This document shows positions 36,605 to 46,017 of a stretch of DNA of 64,000 bases, in pieces; positions within the stretch are counted from its first letter, which is position 1, and every line of letters begins with the position of its first letter. The stretch covers positions 3,554 through 67,553 of the forward strand of contig NZ_PNJW01000006.1 in the NCBI RefSeq assembly GCF_013822155.1, read 5' to 3'. A model generated the notes under the pieces. It searched no databases. It saw only the letters and a list, made by a program, of their open reading frames with translations, and was not told the origin of the DNA. The translations under genes were made by a program, and so were the position numbers. This DNA comes from Flavobacterium sp. (GTDB lineage Bacteria; Bacteroidota; Bacteroidia; Flavobacteriales; Flavobacteriaceae).

Positions 36605-36640
36605 ACACTGTTGTCAGTTAAAAAAATAAATTCTATATAA

Positions 36641-36671
36641 AATGACTTGCAGAAATGTAAGTCATTTTTTT
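36641..36671 (+). terminator. Rho-independent terminator after rny
   Basis: aatgacttgc (36641-50) pairs with gtaagtcatt (36657-66), followed by a T run. Confidence 0.6.
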
Positions 36672-36692
36672 ATACCTAAACTAGACTGAAAA

Positions 36693-37589
36693 CTATTTCC
36701 TCGGATGAAATTTATTTACAATTTGTGATAAATGTTTACGATCCAAATGAACATAAACTTCGGTCGTAGTAATCGATTCATGACCCAACATCAACTGAAT
36801 GGAACGCAAATCGGCTCCGTTTTCTAAAAGATGCGTGGCAAATGAATGCCTGAATGTATGCGGACTGATTGATTTATTCAAATTGATTTTAACCGCTAAA
36901 TCCTTAATAATAGTAAAAATCATCGCTCTTGTCAACTGCTTACCTCTTCGATTAAGAAACAAAGTATCTTCATGACCTTTTTGAATCGTCAAATGTGTTC
37001 TGACATGATTTTTATATAGATTAATGTACTTTTCGGTAGATTTCCCAATGGGAACAAAACGTTGCTTGTTTCCTTTTCCGGTTATTTTGATAAACCCTTC
37101 CTCAAAAAACAAGTCAGAAATTTTTAAGGTTGTCAATTCTGAAACGCGTAAACCACAACCATATAAAGTTTCCAATATTGCTTTGTTCCGTTCTCCCTCT
37201 TCTTTTGATAAATCGATGGCAGCTATCAACGCATCAATGTCCTGAATGGAAAGTGTATCCGGTAATTTTCTGCCAATTTTTGGTGTTTCAATCAATTCCA
37301 TCGGATTATCCGTTCGGTAATCTTCAAAAATTAAATAGGTAAAAAAACTTTTTAATCCGGAAATAATTCGGGCCTGGGATCGTGGATTCACTTCTTTGGA
37401 AACTGCATAAATAAAAAGTTGAATTTCTTCTTCACTGATATTTATGGGATTTTTAGAAATTCCGTTAGCTTCTAAAAATTGTGTCAGACGTAATAAATCA
37501 AAAGTATAATTAGCTAAAGTATTTTTCGACAATCCTCTTTCTATTTTTAAATAGGATTGAAAACTTTTTATATACGTTTGCCAGTTCAT
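36693..37589 (-). CDS. xerD: Tyrosine site-specific recombinase XerD
   Basis: 298 aa. 'LYGCGLRVSE', 'HTFRHSFATHLLENGADLR.IQ.MLGH....TT.VY.H' catalytic R-H-R-Y arrangement. No flanking mobile-element genes. Confidence 0.8.
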   Translation of the reverse strand: MNWQTYIKSFQSYLKIERGLSKNTLANYTFDLLRLTQFLEANGISKNPINISEEEIQLFIYAVSKEVNPRSQARIISGLKSFFTYLIFEDYRTDNPMELIETPKIGRKLPDTLSIQDIDALIAAIDLSKEEGERNKAILETLYGCGLRVSELTTLKISDLFFEEGFIKITGKGNKQRFVPIGKSTEKYINLYKNHVRTHLTIQKGHEDTLFLNRRGKQLTRAMIFTIIKDLAVKINLNKSISPHTFRHSFATHLLENGADLRSIQLMLGHESITTTEVYVHLDRKHLSQIVNKFHPRK

Positions 37590-37617
37590 GTTTCAAATGT
37601 AATCTGATTCAAGGAAA

Positions 37618-37648
37618 TAAAAAAACCTTTCAGAGTTTGAAAGGTTTT
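37618..37648 (-). terminator. Terminator after the 194-aa OMP gene
   Basis: aacctttc pairs with gaaaggtt. T run on the minus strand. Confidence 0.55.
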
Positions 37649-37668
37649 AAATTGTAAATTATTTAAAA

Positions 37669-38253
37669 TTAATTTTTTTTCCATTTTCCTCCACCTATAT
37701 AAAAACCAAGGTTTACAGCAAAATAAGAGTTAGAAATATCTCCTGTGGTTACTTGTCCTTCTCTATAAAGTGGTGTTTTAGGCACAAAGTTGTATTCTAG
37801 ATTCATTCTGAATTTTCCCCATTCAAAACCACCACGAATTAAACCACCAAATCCACTATCAGGATCTAAGCCCTCCACATCAGTATCTTCACTTGCTCTC
37901 ACACTTAATGCTGTAGAATATCCCATACCACCACCTACAAACGGTACAAAAGATTTACCCGATGGAAAATAGTAATCAAAAGTTGCAATATAAGAACCAA
38001 TTGCTGTGGCTGTTACAAATGTTGTATTACCAATCTCTTCAACATCTCTGGCAATAGCGGCAATACCAATTCGCAGACCCACATTCATGTTTTCCTTGAT
38101 GTTATATTTAGGTTCGATGTCGAAAGAAACCCCTGCACCACCACTGGCCGGAATATAACCTACATCTAAGCCAACCCGAAATCCTCCTTCCCGTTGTGCT
38201 TGAACAAATCCGAAAAACAATAAGGCTACGACCGATAAGATTACTTTTTTCAT
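37669..38253 (-). CDS. Small 8-strand-type outer-membrane beta-barrel protein
   Basis: Signal peptide 'GFVQAQ'. Alternating amphipathic strands with Gly/aromatic-rich girdles. C-terminal 'FAVNLGFYIG'. Confidence 0.65.
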   Translation of the reverse strand: MKKVILSVVALLFFGFVQAQREGGFRVGLDVGYIPASGGAGVSFDIEPKYNIKENMNVGLRIGIAAIARDVEEIGNTTFVTATAIGSYIATFDYYFPSGKSFVPFVGGGMGYSTALSVRASEDTDVEGLDPDSGFGGLIRGGFEWGKFRMNLEYNFVPKTPLYREGQVTTGDISNSYFAVNLGFYIGGGKWKKN

Positions 38254-38308
38254 ATTTTATATTATTTTTGTTTAGACAAAATTAGGAATAAAATTCTGTA
38301 CTTAAAAC

Positions 38309-38336
38309 AAAAAACCACGCAAGTTGCGTGGTTTTT
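38309..38336 (-). terminator. Terminator after the 198-aa OMP gene
   Basis: aaccacgc pairs with gcgtggtt. T run on the minus strand. Confidence 0.6.
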
Positions 38337-38354
38337 AATATCAAAAAAATCAAA

Positions 38355-38951
38355 TTACCATTTGTATAATAATCCGAATTGTGGTTGAGCAAAAATGTTG
38401 TTGAATAAATTAACTTCTATGTTTAAGTCACTTGAATTATCTCCATTTTCTGGATTAGTGTTGTTGTAACTTAAAATATTAGCTAATTCAAAGGTAGCTG
38501 CCCAATGAGAAGTAAAGAAATAATTGATTCCTAAATCGATATTTGCATTCATCGCACTATTAGTTGAGCTTTCTACTCCATCAGGTTCTGTTTTTATACT
38601 TGTATAACCTAATCCTAATTCACCATAAGCTTGGAAAGCTTTATCAGCACCAAGTGATAAGAAATAATAACGGGCAAAAGCACCTAAACCAAATCTGCCA
38701 ACTTTATTGTTAGCATTATCCTCTGAGCCAGAAAAAGCTAAAAATCCACCCAAAGCAATTTTATCATTAATCATATAACCTACTTTTGGAGTAAATGACC
38801 AACTGTCTTCTACGTCTCCTGAACGAATACTGAAACTACCTTCAGCAAACATATCACCTTTAGCAAAACCTTTTGCTGTTACATCTCCGTCTTGTGCATT
38901 TGCAGTTCCAAATGCGGCTACGGCTAAAATCGATAAAATAATTTTTTTCAT
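38355..38951 (-). CDS. Small outer-membrane beta-barrel protein
   Basis: Signal peptide 'GTANAQ'. Alternating beta-strand pattern. Terminal aromatic '...FGLLYKW'. Confidence 0.65.
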   Translation of the reverse strand: MKKIILSILAVAAFGTANAQDGDVTAKGFAKGDMFAEGSFSIRSGDVEDSWSFTPKVGYMINDKIALGGFLAFSGSEDNANNKVGRFGLGAFARYYFLSLGADKAFQAYGELGLGYTSIKTEPDGVESSTNSAMNANIDLGINYFFTSHWAATFELANILSYNNTNPENGDNSSDLNIEVNLFNNIFAQPQFGLLYKW

Positions 38952-39197
38952 GTTTAAATGTTTTAGAATTTATAATACAAAATTAAAATATTAAAAACCC
39001 TTGTATATAAAGACATTTTGTAGTTATTAACAAAGTTGTTAACATCAAGTAAATATAATGTTAATAACATTGTCAATTAAAAGCGTTTGATTCAACTTAT
39101 TAAAATCTATTCTAAAGAAATTAAATTATCCTATTCTTTACACAATTTTATTGAATTACTTCGTTTTAAAACAATATAAACAGTTAAAATAGAATCT

Positions 39198-39752
39198 ATG
39201 AAAAAATCAATGTTAGTTTATGCTTTATTTTTAATCGGTTTTACGAATGCTAATGCCCAACTACTCCAATTTGGATTAAAAGGCGGGGTTAACTTTTCTA
39301 ACTACAGTGGAGGAGATTTAGAAGGAGTTGATTTTAACAATGTTACTAATTTTCATTTTGGTGTTGTGACCGAATTAAAATTGTTAGAAAATTTTGCCCT
39401 TCAACCTGAGTTACTCTATTCCACGCAAGGTTCAGAATTAGAGAGTTTAGACGAACAAATAAAAAATGAATTGGGCTATCTTTCAATTCCTGTTTTAGTA
39501 AAATTCTATTTAACAAGCAATAAGTTGAGTTTAGAAGCCGGACCTCAGTTTTCCTTTTTGGTTAAAGAGAGTGGTGATTTTGACTTATATGATTCTAATA
39601 CGTTTGACTTTGGTGTCGCAGCAGGACTAAGTTATAAAATCACAAAAGGACTGTTTCTATCCGGAAGATATGTAGCCGGTTTAACCGATGTGAAAAAAGA
39701 AGCCAATGTAAAAAATTCATTAGTTCAATTTTCGCTGGGTTATATGTTTTAA
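39198..39752 (+). CDS. Small outer-membrane beta-barrel (porin-family/OMP_b-brl type) protein
   Basis: Signal peptide 'TNANAQ'. 'FGLKGGVNFSN' first strand and terminal '...FSLGYMF'. Confidence 0.7.
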   Translation: MKKSMLVYALFLIGFTNANAQLLQFGLKGGVNFSNYSGGDLEGVDFNNVTNFHFGVVTELKLLENFALQPELLYSTQGSELESLDEQIKNELGYLSIPVLVKFYLTSNKLSLEAGPQFSFLVKESGDFDLYDSNTFDFGVAAGLSYKITKGLFLSGRYVAGLTDVKKEANVKNSLVQFSLGYMF

Positions 39753-39759
39753 CAATTTA

Positions 39760-39792
39760 AATGGCTGACATAAATTGGTCAGCCATTTTTTT
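39760..39792 (+). terminator. Rho-independent terminator
   Basis: aatggctgac (39760-69) pairs with gtcagccatt (39778-87), followed by a T run. Confidence 0.7.
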
Positions 39793-39909
39793 AAAAAGTT
39801 CATTTTCTTGAAAATCTTCACAATAGCCCAAATGTTAATATTAAATTAATGTTTTTCGACACCCGCTACCTATCACTTTTTTTGGTATTTTTACCTAAAA
39901 TCTTACAGG

Positions 39910-40323
39910 ATGAGAATCATTATTATCAACGGCCCAAATTTAAATCTTTTAGGCAAACGTGAACCGGATGTTTATGGCAATCAAACTTTTGAAGACTACT
40001 TTATTCATTTACAACAAAACTATCCTGACATCAAATTAACCTTTTATCAAAGCAATATTGAAGGCGAAATTATTGATAAAATACAAGAAGTTGGTTTTTT
40101 ATTTGATGGAATTATTTTAAATGCCGCGGCTTACACACATACTTCCATAGGAATTGGAGATGCTGTAAAGGCTATCAATTCTCCGGTAGTTGAAGTGCAT
40201 ATTTCCAATACTTTTTCAAGGGAAACGTTTAGACATCAATCTTATATTTCACCAAATGCAAAAGGCGTAATCGTTGGTTTTGGATTAAAAAGTTATGAAT
40301 TAGCACTTTTGTCTTTCCTTTAA
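39910..40323 (+). CDS. aroQ: Type II 3-dehydroquinate dehydratase
   Basis: 'IIINGPNLNLLGKREP..YG', 'NAAAYTHTSIGIGDA', 'VEVHISN' signature motifs. 137 aa. Confidence 0.9.
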   Translation: MRIIIINGPNLNLLGKREPDVYGNQTFEDYFIHLQQNYPDIKLTFYQSNIEGEIIDKIQEVGFLFDGIILNAAAYTHTSIGIGDAVKAINSPVVEVHISNTFSRETFRHQSYISPNAKGVIVGFGLKSYELALLSFL

Positions 40324-40363
40324 TAATAATCCTTTCCATACAAATTAATCTATTTTCTAACTT

Positions 40364-42856
40364 TTGATTATGACTAAGCTGAAAACCTTCTTATTTTTTC
40401 TGATTGTTAATTTTTCCACTCTTTCTTTTGCTCAAATAAAAGGAACTATTTCAGACGAGGCAGGTGTTCCGCTTCCGTTTGTAAATATTTATATAGAAAA
40501 TACCTATGTTGGAACTACCTCAAATGAAAAAGGACAATATGAACTCAATGTTCAAAAAAAAGAACAAATGACAATTATTTTCCAATATTTAGGGTACAAA
40601 ACTCAAAAACACACTTTAGATATTGAAAAATTGCCTTATACTTTTAATGTTACTTTAAAAGAGGAAAATTATAAATTAAATGAAGTCGTCCTGAGTTCAA
40701 AAGACAATCCGGCAAATGCAATCATCCGAAGTGCAATTACTAACAGAAAAAAGAACTCTGATAAAACAGCCCGATTTACGGCAGATTTCTATTCCCGAGG
40801 CATATTTAGAATGAAAAATGCTCCAAAGAAAATATTAGGTCAGGAAATTGGCGATTTTGACGGAGCTTTAGATTCAACCGGAAGTGGAATTTTATATTTA
40901 TCGGAAACGGTTTCTAAAATAACTTTTGAAAAACCGGACAAGTTAAAAGAACACATTATTGCCTCTAAAATAAGTGGGAAAAATAATGGTTTCAGCTACA
41001 ATACTGCTCAAGCTACTTCTTATGATTTTTATGACAATACGGTTGAATTAGGCGTAAACCTTATTTCTCCAATTGCTGATAATGCCTTTGCCTACTATAA
41101 GTATACCTTGGAAGGAACTTTTTACGACGATAATAATAACCTCATTAATAAAATAAAAGTAACGCCAAAAAGAGATGCTGAACCTGTTTTTGAAGGACAT
41201 ATTTTTATTGTAGAAGACAGTTGGGCTATTTATGGTGTCGATTTAGACATTAAAGGATACCGAATGAAAGAAGAATTTTTAGATGTAATGACCTTAAAAC
41301 AAAATTTCAGTTACAATAAAACCAATCAACTTTGGGCAAAAAATTCCCAAAGTCTAGAATTTGAAGCGGGTGCTTTTGGCATTAAATTCAATGGAAAATT
41401 TACATACGTTTACAGTAATTACGACTTCAAAGAACAATTTGAAAAGAAAACGTTTACCAGAGAAATTTTGAGTTTTGAAGACAATGCCAATAAAAAAGAC
41501 TCCATCTATTGGAATATGATGCGACCGGTTCCACTAACGGAAGAAGAAAATAATGACTACCTGCGGAAAGACAGTATTCAAACCTTGCGGAAATCGAAAC
41601 CCTATTTAGATTCTATTGATGCAAAAAACAATAAATTTAAAATCTTAAAAATCTTAACGGGTTACAGTTATAGAAATTCCTATGAAAACTGGAACTTTAA
41701 TTACGAAGGTATCATCAAACTAATTCAATTTAATACGGTTCAGGGCTGGCACCTTTCAACCGGAATCTCTTATATTAAACGGGATGAAGAAACCAGAAAA
41801 TATTTAACCTATGGAGCCGACTTTAATTATGGCTTTTCAGAAGAAAAATTCAGAACAACCGGATTTTTCAGTACCCGATTAGATACTAAAACCAATAGTT
41901 TATTAACCCTAAATGGTGGAAGCAAAGTTGAACAGTTCAATGCAAATAATCCTATTAGTAATTTAATTAATACGGCTAGTTCTATTTTCTTTGAAGACAA
42001 TTATATGAAATTGTATGAAAAGAATTTCGTCAAAGCATCCTATCAGCAAGAAGCAATCAATGGGCTTTACCTCGTTGGTTCACTTGAATACAGTGAACGA
42101 AAACCGTTATTTAACAACTCGGATTATGTGATGTTCAACCAAGACAAAAAATACACCTCCAATAATCCTTTAAATCCGGAGGATTACACAACAGCAGCAA
42201 TAGAAAAACACAATTTATTTAAAGCAAACGTAAATGCCAGAATAAATTTTGGACAAAAATATTTATCGCGTCCCGATGGAAAATTCAACATTAGAAATGA
42301 AAAATACCCAACAGTTTTTGTAGGCTATGAAAAAGGATTTGCAGGCAGTGAGGAAAACTATAATTATGATTTTTTGGCTGCTCGGGTATACTATGAAAAA
42401 ACGATAGGGAATAAAGGTAGTTTTGCTATTAATTTGAAAGGCGGTAAATTTTTCGATGCAGATGGAATTTCCTTTGTCGATTATAAACATTTCAACGGAA
42501 ACCAAACGCACGTGAGTACCGCGGACCGCTATTTAAATGAATTTAATTTACTCCCTTATTATTCCTATAGCACCAATAATAGTTACATGGAAACGCATAT
42601 TGAACACAATTTTGAAGGATTTATCATGAACAAAATTCCATTGTTGAACAAGCTGAAATCAACCATGGTTTTAGGCTATCATCAGTTAGCCACTCCGGAT
42701 GTAAAACCATATCAGGAATTTAGCATAGGGTTAGATAAATTAGGTTTTGGGAAATTTAAATTGCTACGGGTAGATTATGTGCGGGCCTATAATGGCAGTA
42801 CTTATTTAGGAGATGGCGTAATGTTTGGAATGAAATTTCTAGGCGTACTAGAATAG
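40364..42856 (+). CDS. DUF5686-family protein with N-terminal CarboxypepD_reg domain (outer-membrane associated)
   Basis: Signal peptide. 'IKGTISDEAGVPLPFVNIYIENT..GTTSNEKGQYEL' regulatory-like domain. About 830 aa is typical of this Bacteroidota family. Confidence 0.6.
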   Translation: MIMTKLKTFLFFLIVNFSTLSFAQIKGTISDEAGVPLPFVNIYIENTYVGTTSNEKGQYELNVQKKEQMTIIFQYLGYKTQKHTLDIEKLPYTFNVTLKEENYKLNEVVLSSKDNPANAIIRSAITNRKKNSDKTARFTADFYSRGIFRMKNAPKKILGQEIGDFDGALDSTGSGILYLSETVSKITFEKPDKLKEHIIASKISGKNNGFSYNTAQATSYDFYDNTVELGVNLISPIADNAFAYYKYTLEGTFYDDNNNLINKIKVTPKRDAEPVFEGHIFIVEDSWAIYGVDLDIKGYRMKEEFLDVMTLKQNFSYNKTNQLWAKNSQSLEFEAGAFGIKFNGKFTYVYSNYDFKEQFEKKTFTREILSFEDNANKKDSIYWNMMRPVPLTEEENNDYLRKDSIQTLRKSKPYLDSIDAKNNKFKILKILTGYSYRNSYENWNFNYEGIIKLIQFNTVQGWHLSTGISYIKRDEETRKYLTYGADFNYGFSEEKFRTTGFFSTRLDTKTNSLLTLNGGSKVEQFNANNPISNLINTASSIFFEDNYMKLYEKNFVKASYQQEAINGLYLVGSLEYSERKPLFNNSDYVMFNQDKKYTSNNPLNPEDYTTAAIEKHNLFKANVNARINFGQKYLSRPDGKFNIRNEKYPTVFVGYEKGFAGSEENYNYDFLAARVYYEKTIGNKGSFAINLKGGKFFDADGISFVDYKHFNGNQTHVSTADRYLNEFNLLPYYSYSTNNSYMETHIEHNFEGFIMNKIPLLNKLKSTMVLGYHQLATPDVKPYQEFSIGLDKLGFGKFKLLRVDYVRAYNGSTYLGDGVMFGMKFLGVLE

Positions 42857-42865
42857 AAAAAGCAA

Positions 42866-42899
42866 AAAAAAAGAGAAGTCAAAACACTTCTCTTTTTTT
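42866..42899. terminator. Bidirectional terminator (DUF5686 gene / murA)
   Basis: agagaagt (42872-79) pairs with acttctct (42886-93), with A9 upstream and T6 downstream. Confidence 0.65.
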
Positions 42900-42915
42900 A
42901 TAAAATAATTAAAAA

Positions 42916-44226
42916 CTATACCCTCACAATATGAGCTCCTATCGCTCGTAATCGTTCGTCTATTCGTTCGTAACCTCTGTCTATTTGTTCTATATTTTGA
43001 ATAGTGCTGGTTCCTTTGGCAGATAATGCTGCAATCAATAACGAAATTCCGGCACGAATATCAGGGGAAGACATGGTTGTTGCTTTCAATTGAGATTGGA
43101 AATTATGTCCGATAACAACAGCACGGTGCGGATCACACAAAATAATCTTAGCTCCCATATCAATCAATTTGTCCACAAAAAACAATCGGCTTTCAAACAT
43201 CTTTTGATGAATTAACACATCTCCTTTTGCTTGGGTCGCTACTACTAAAACAATACTCAATAAATCGGGTGTAAATCCCGGCCAAGGAGCATCGGATACA
43301 TTTAGAATTGAACCATCAATATCTTTTTTTATTTCATAACCGTCTTTGTGTTCCGGAATAAATATATCGTCTCCTCGTCTTTCTATGGTGATCCCTAATT
43401 TTCTGAAAACACTTGGAATCACACCTAAATTATCCCAACTTACATCCTTAATGGTAATTTCACTTCGAGTCATCGCTGCCAACCCAATCCAACTACCGAT
43501 TTCAACCATATCCGGTAGAATTCTGTGTGTGCAACCGCTTAATTTTTCAACACCTTCAATGGTTAATAAATTAGAACCTACTCCGGTAATGTTTGCTCCC
43601 ATCGAATTGAGCATTTTACACAATTGTTGCAAATAGGGTTCGCAAGCTGCATTATAAATTGTGGTTGTTCCTTCTGCTAAAACAGAGGCCATCACAATAT
43701 TGGCAGTTCCGGTAACTGAGGCTTCATCTAAAAGCATATAAGCTCCTTTTAATCGGCCTTGACATTCCACACCATAAAAATGATCTTCTCTATTATACCT
43801 GAATTTAGCCCCTAAATTGATGAATCCTTCAAAATGAGTATCTAATCTTCTTCTTCCTATTTTATCGCCTCCCGGCTTAGGAATATATCCTTTTCCGAAA
43901 CGGGCTAACAATGGACCAACAATCATTATCGAACCACGCAAAGACCCTCCTTCTTTTTTAAAAGCTTCTGTTTCAAGATAGCCAACATTGACATCGTCTG
44001 CTTGAAAAGTGATAGAGCCCGGGCCATTTTTTTGCATTTTCACACCTAAATTACCCAACAGCGTAATCAGTTTGTTCACATCAATAATATCAGGAATATT
44101 GTTTATGGTAACTTTCTCCGAAGTAAGCAATACTGTACATAAAATTTGTAAAGCCTCATTTTTGGCTCCTTGAGGATGAATCTCCCCTTTAAGACGGTGT
44201 CCGCCTTCTATCTTGAATGTTCCCAT
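42916..44226 (-). CDS. murA: UDP-N-acetylglucosamine 1-carboxyvinyltransferase
   Basis: Full-length match to the MurA pattern ('GAKNEAL', 'GGDKIGRRRLDTH' with Asp in place of the active-site Cys, 'DRGYE..D.KL..LGA'). Confidence 0.92.
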   Translation of the reverse strand: MGTFKIEGGHRLKGEIHPQGAKNEALQILCTVLLTSEKVTINNIPDIIDVNKLITLLGNLGVKMQKNGPGSITFQADDVNVGYLETEAFKKEGGSLRGSIMIVGPLLARFGKGYIPKPGGDKIGRRRLDTHFEGFINLGAKFRYNREDHFYGVECQGRLKGAYMLLDEASVTGTANIVMASVLAEGTTTIYNAACEPYLQQLCKMLNSMGANITGVGSNLLTIEGVEKLSGCTHRILPDMVEIGSWIGLAAMTRSEITIKDVSWDNLGVIPSVFRKLGITIERRGDDIFIPEHKDGYEIKKDIDGSILNVSDAPWPGFTPDLLSIVLVVATQAKGDVLIHQKMFESRLFFVDKLIDMGAKIILCDPHRAVVIGHNFQSQLKATTMSSPDIRAGISLLIAALSAKGTSTIQNIEQIDRGYERIDERLRAIGAHIVRV

Positions 44227-44241
44227 ATCCGTATTCCGTGA

Positions 44242-44946
44242 TTACTTTTGATTGTTGTTTTTAAATGGTTTTGATTTGATATTTTTATTTTTCTTAATCA
44301 ATAAATTTTTCTGAATGGGTGGCATATTTTTGTTTGACACCTTTTTATTGGTTCGCATTAAATCAGAAGTATTCAACAATTCTTCCGTGCTTTGATGTAA
44401 ATCTATTCTACCTCCGGAAAGTTCATACAAATGATTAAAAATTGCCTTATCATCAACCGTGTCTTTATTCCAACTTAAATAGGACTTTTTCATGTGATTT
44501 GCAATCACTTTCACTAAGGCACTTTTTAATTCACCATCTTCCCAACTATTGGCAACATCAATCATATACTTGATATTGTTACCATAAAAACGATATTTTG
44601 GATTTTTTTGAGGATACTCTAATCGTTCTGGTTTTAAATTTATAACATCTCTTGTGGGTATAGGATAAGGACTATCGACCACCAATTTAAAATCAGACAT
44701 AATAAAAAGTTGATCCCAAAGTTTATGCTGAAAATCTAGCACATCTCGCAAATGCGGATTCAAACTTCCCATTACTTTAATAATATAGCGAGCGGCCTTA
44801 TTCCGTTCTTCGCTATCTTCAATTAGAGTTGCCTGGTTGATTAATTTTTGCAAATGACGTCCGTATTCCGGAATCATTAAATGTGGTCTTTCGGCATTGT
44901 ATTCTAATTCATGCACTATTTCATGTGCTTTTTCGTTGTGCGTCAT
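44242..44946 (-). CDS. DUF4290-family protein
   Basis: 'EYNAERPHLMIPEYGRHLQKLI' start. Conserved Bacteroidota neighbour of murA. Basic C-terminal tail. Confidence 0.6.
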   Translation of the reverse strand: MTHNEKAHEIVHELEYNAERPHLMIPEYGRHLQKLINQATLIEDSEERNKAARYIIKVMGSLNPHLRDVLDFQHKLWDQLFIMSDFKLVVDSPYPIPTRDVINLKPERLEYPQKNPKYRFYGNNIKYMIDVANSWEDGELKSALVKVIANHMKKSYLSWNKDTVDDKAIFNHLYELSGGRIDLHQSTEELLNTSDLMRTNKKVSNKNMPPIQKNLLIKKNKNIKSKPFKNNNQK

Positions 44947-44956
44947 TTGATTTTTT

Positions 44957-45241
44957 TTAAAGCGAAATTATTCCTTCGACAGAAGAAACATCTATATATT
45001 TTTCCACAACATGTTCAGGACTTAACATGCTGACATTTATAGAAATACTGGTAAATTTTCCTGTTTTAGATTGTTGCGTATTAATTACCGCACCCATGTT
45101 ATCAAAAGCATTTTCTATAGCTGAAATTTTAATAGTATCGGTAGGAACAATGAATTTATAAAGGTAAATTGAAGGCCAGTCCGAAGTAGTTCGCAATTCT
45201 TCTTTTAATCGTTCATAAAATTCTTCCGTCTTCTTATCCAT
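44957..45241 (-). CDS. DUF493 (YbeD-like) small protein
   Basis: 94 aa. 'WPSIYLYKFIVP' beginning of the ferredoxin-like fold. Conserved position upstream of DUF4290-murA. Confidence 0.5.
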   Translation of the reverse strand: MDKKTEEFYERLKEELRTTSDWPSIYLYKFIVPTDTIKISAIENAFDNMGAVINTQQSKTGKFTSISINVSMLSPEHVVEKYIDVSSVEGIISL

Positions 45242-45259
45242 ATTCTAATTTATTATAGG

Positions 45260-45267
45260 CAAATATA
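45260..45267 (-). promoter_or_regulatory. Candidate -7 box (TATATTTG) for the DUF493-DUF4290-murA operon
   Basis: Plus strand reads caaatata, 19 nt upstream of the ATG at 45241. Confidence 0.35.
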
Positions 45268-45474
45268 CAGTTTTGAATTTAGATTTGAGAAATTTGAAAT
45301 TGAATTTTGAGGTTCATGAACTAATTAAAAAGCGACTATTATTTCAAAATAGGGCAACAAAATTTACTTTTAAAAGTTCAAATCTATGATAATCGCCTTA
45401 ATCAAGCTTAAAAGTGAATGAAAGTTTGTATTTAAACTAACTATTTATCTAAATTTACCCCTTTATTTAGCGTT

Positions 45475-46014
45475 GTGAGCAAAGAAATAATTGTGATAAC
45501 CGGCGGTCCCGGAACAGGAAAAACAACAATCATCGATGGTTTAATCGAGAAAGGATATATGTGTTTTCCTGAAATATCAAGAGAAATTATTACGGAAGCC
45601 AGAAAACAAGGCATTGAACAATTATTTTTGGAAAAGCCATTACTGTTTAGTGAATTACTATTAGAAGGCAGAAAAAAACAGTTTCAAAAAGCAGAACAAC
45701 ATTCGGAATCTATACTTTTTTTAGACCGGGGCATACCTGACATTCTTGCATACATGCATTATATAGGCGACAGTTATCCTGCCTTTTTTGATGAAAATTG
45801 CCGCCAAAACAAGTACACAAAAGTATTCCTTTTGCCCCCTTGGCAAGAAATTTATCAATCCGACGAAGAACGGTATGAAAACTTTGAACAAGCAAAACTC
45901 ATCTATAATCACCTGAAAGAAACCTACGAAAATTATGGCTATGAACTCATAGAAGTTCCACAAGGTCATTTAGAGAACAGAATTCTTTTTATCTTAGAGG
46001 CAATTTCAAGATAA
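45475..46014 (+). CDS. AAA_28/NadR-kinase-like P-loop ATPase
   Basis: GTG start. Walker A 'GGPGTGKTT'. About 180 aa. 'FLDRG' Walker-B-like segment. Confidence 0.65.
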   Translation: MSKEIIVITGGPGTGKTTIIDGLIEKGYMCFPEISREIITEARKQGIEQLFLEKPLLFSELLLEGRKKQFQKAEQHSESILFLDRGIPDILAYMHYIGDSYPAFFDENCRQNKYTKVFLLPPWQEIYQSDEERYENFEQAKLIYNHLKETYENYGYELIEVPQGHLENRILFILEAISR

Positions 46015-46017
46015 AGC

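Noticed and set aside
39024-39068. gttattaaca...tgttaataac inverted repeat, and the string agttattaacaaa also seen upstream of hup (about 48917), considered as a shared regulator site
   Set aside because: This is low-complexity AT-rich sequence. A rough estimate suggests such 12-13-mer coincidences among about 6 kb of intergenic DNA are not significant without genome-wide motif statistics.
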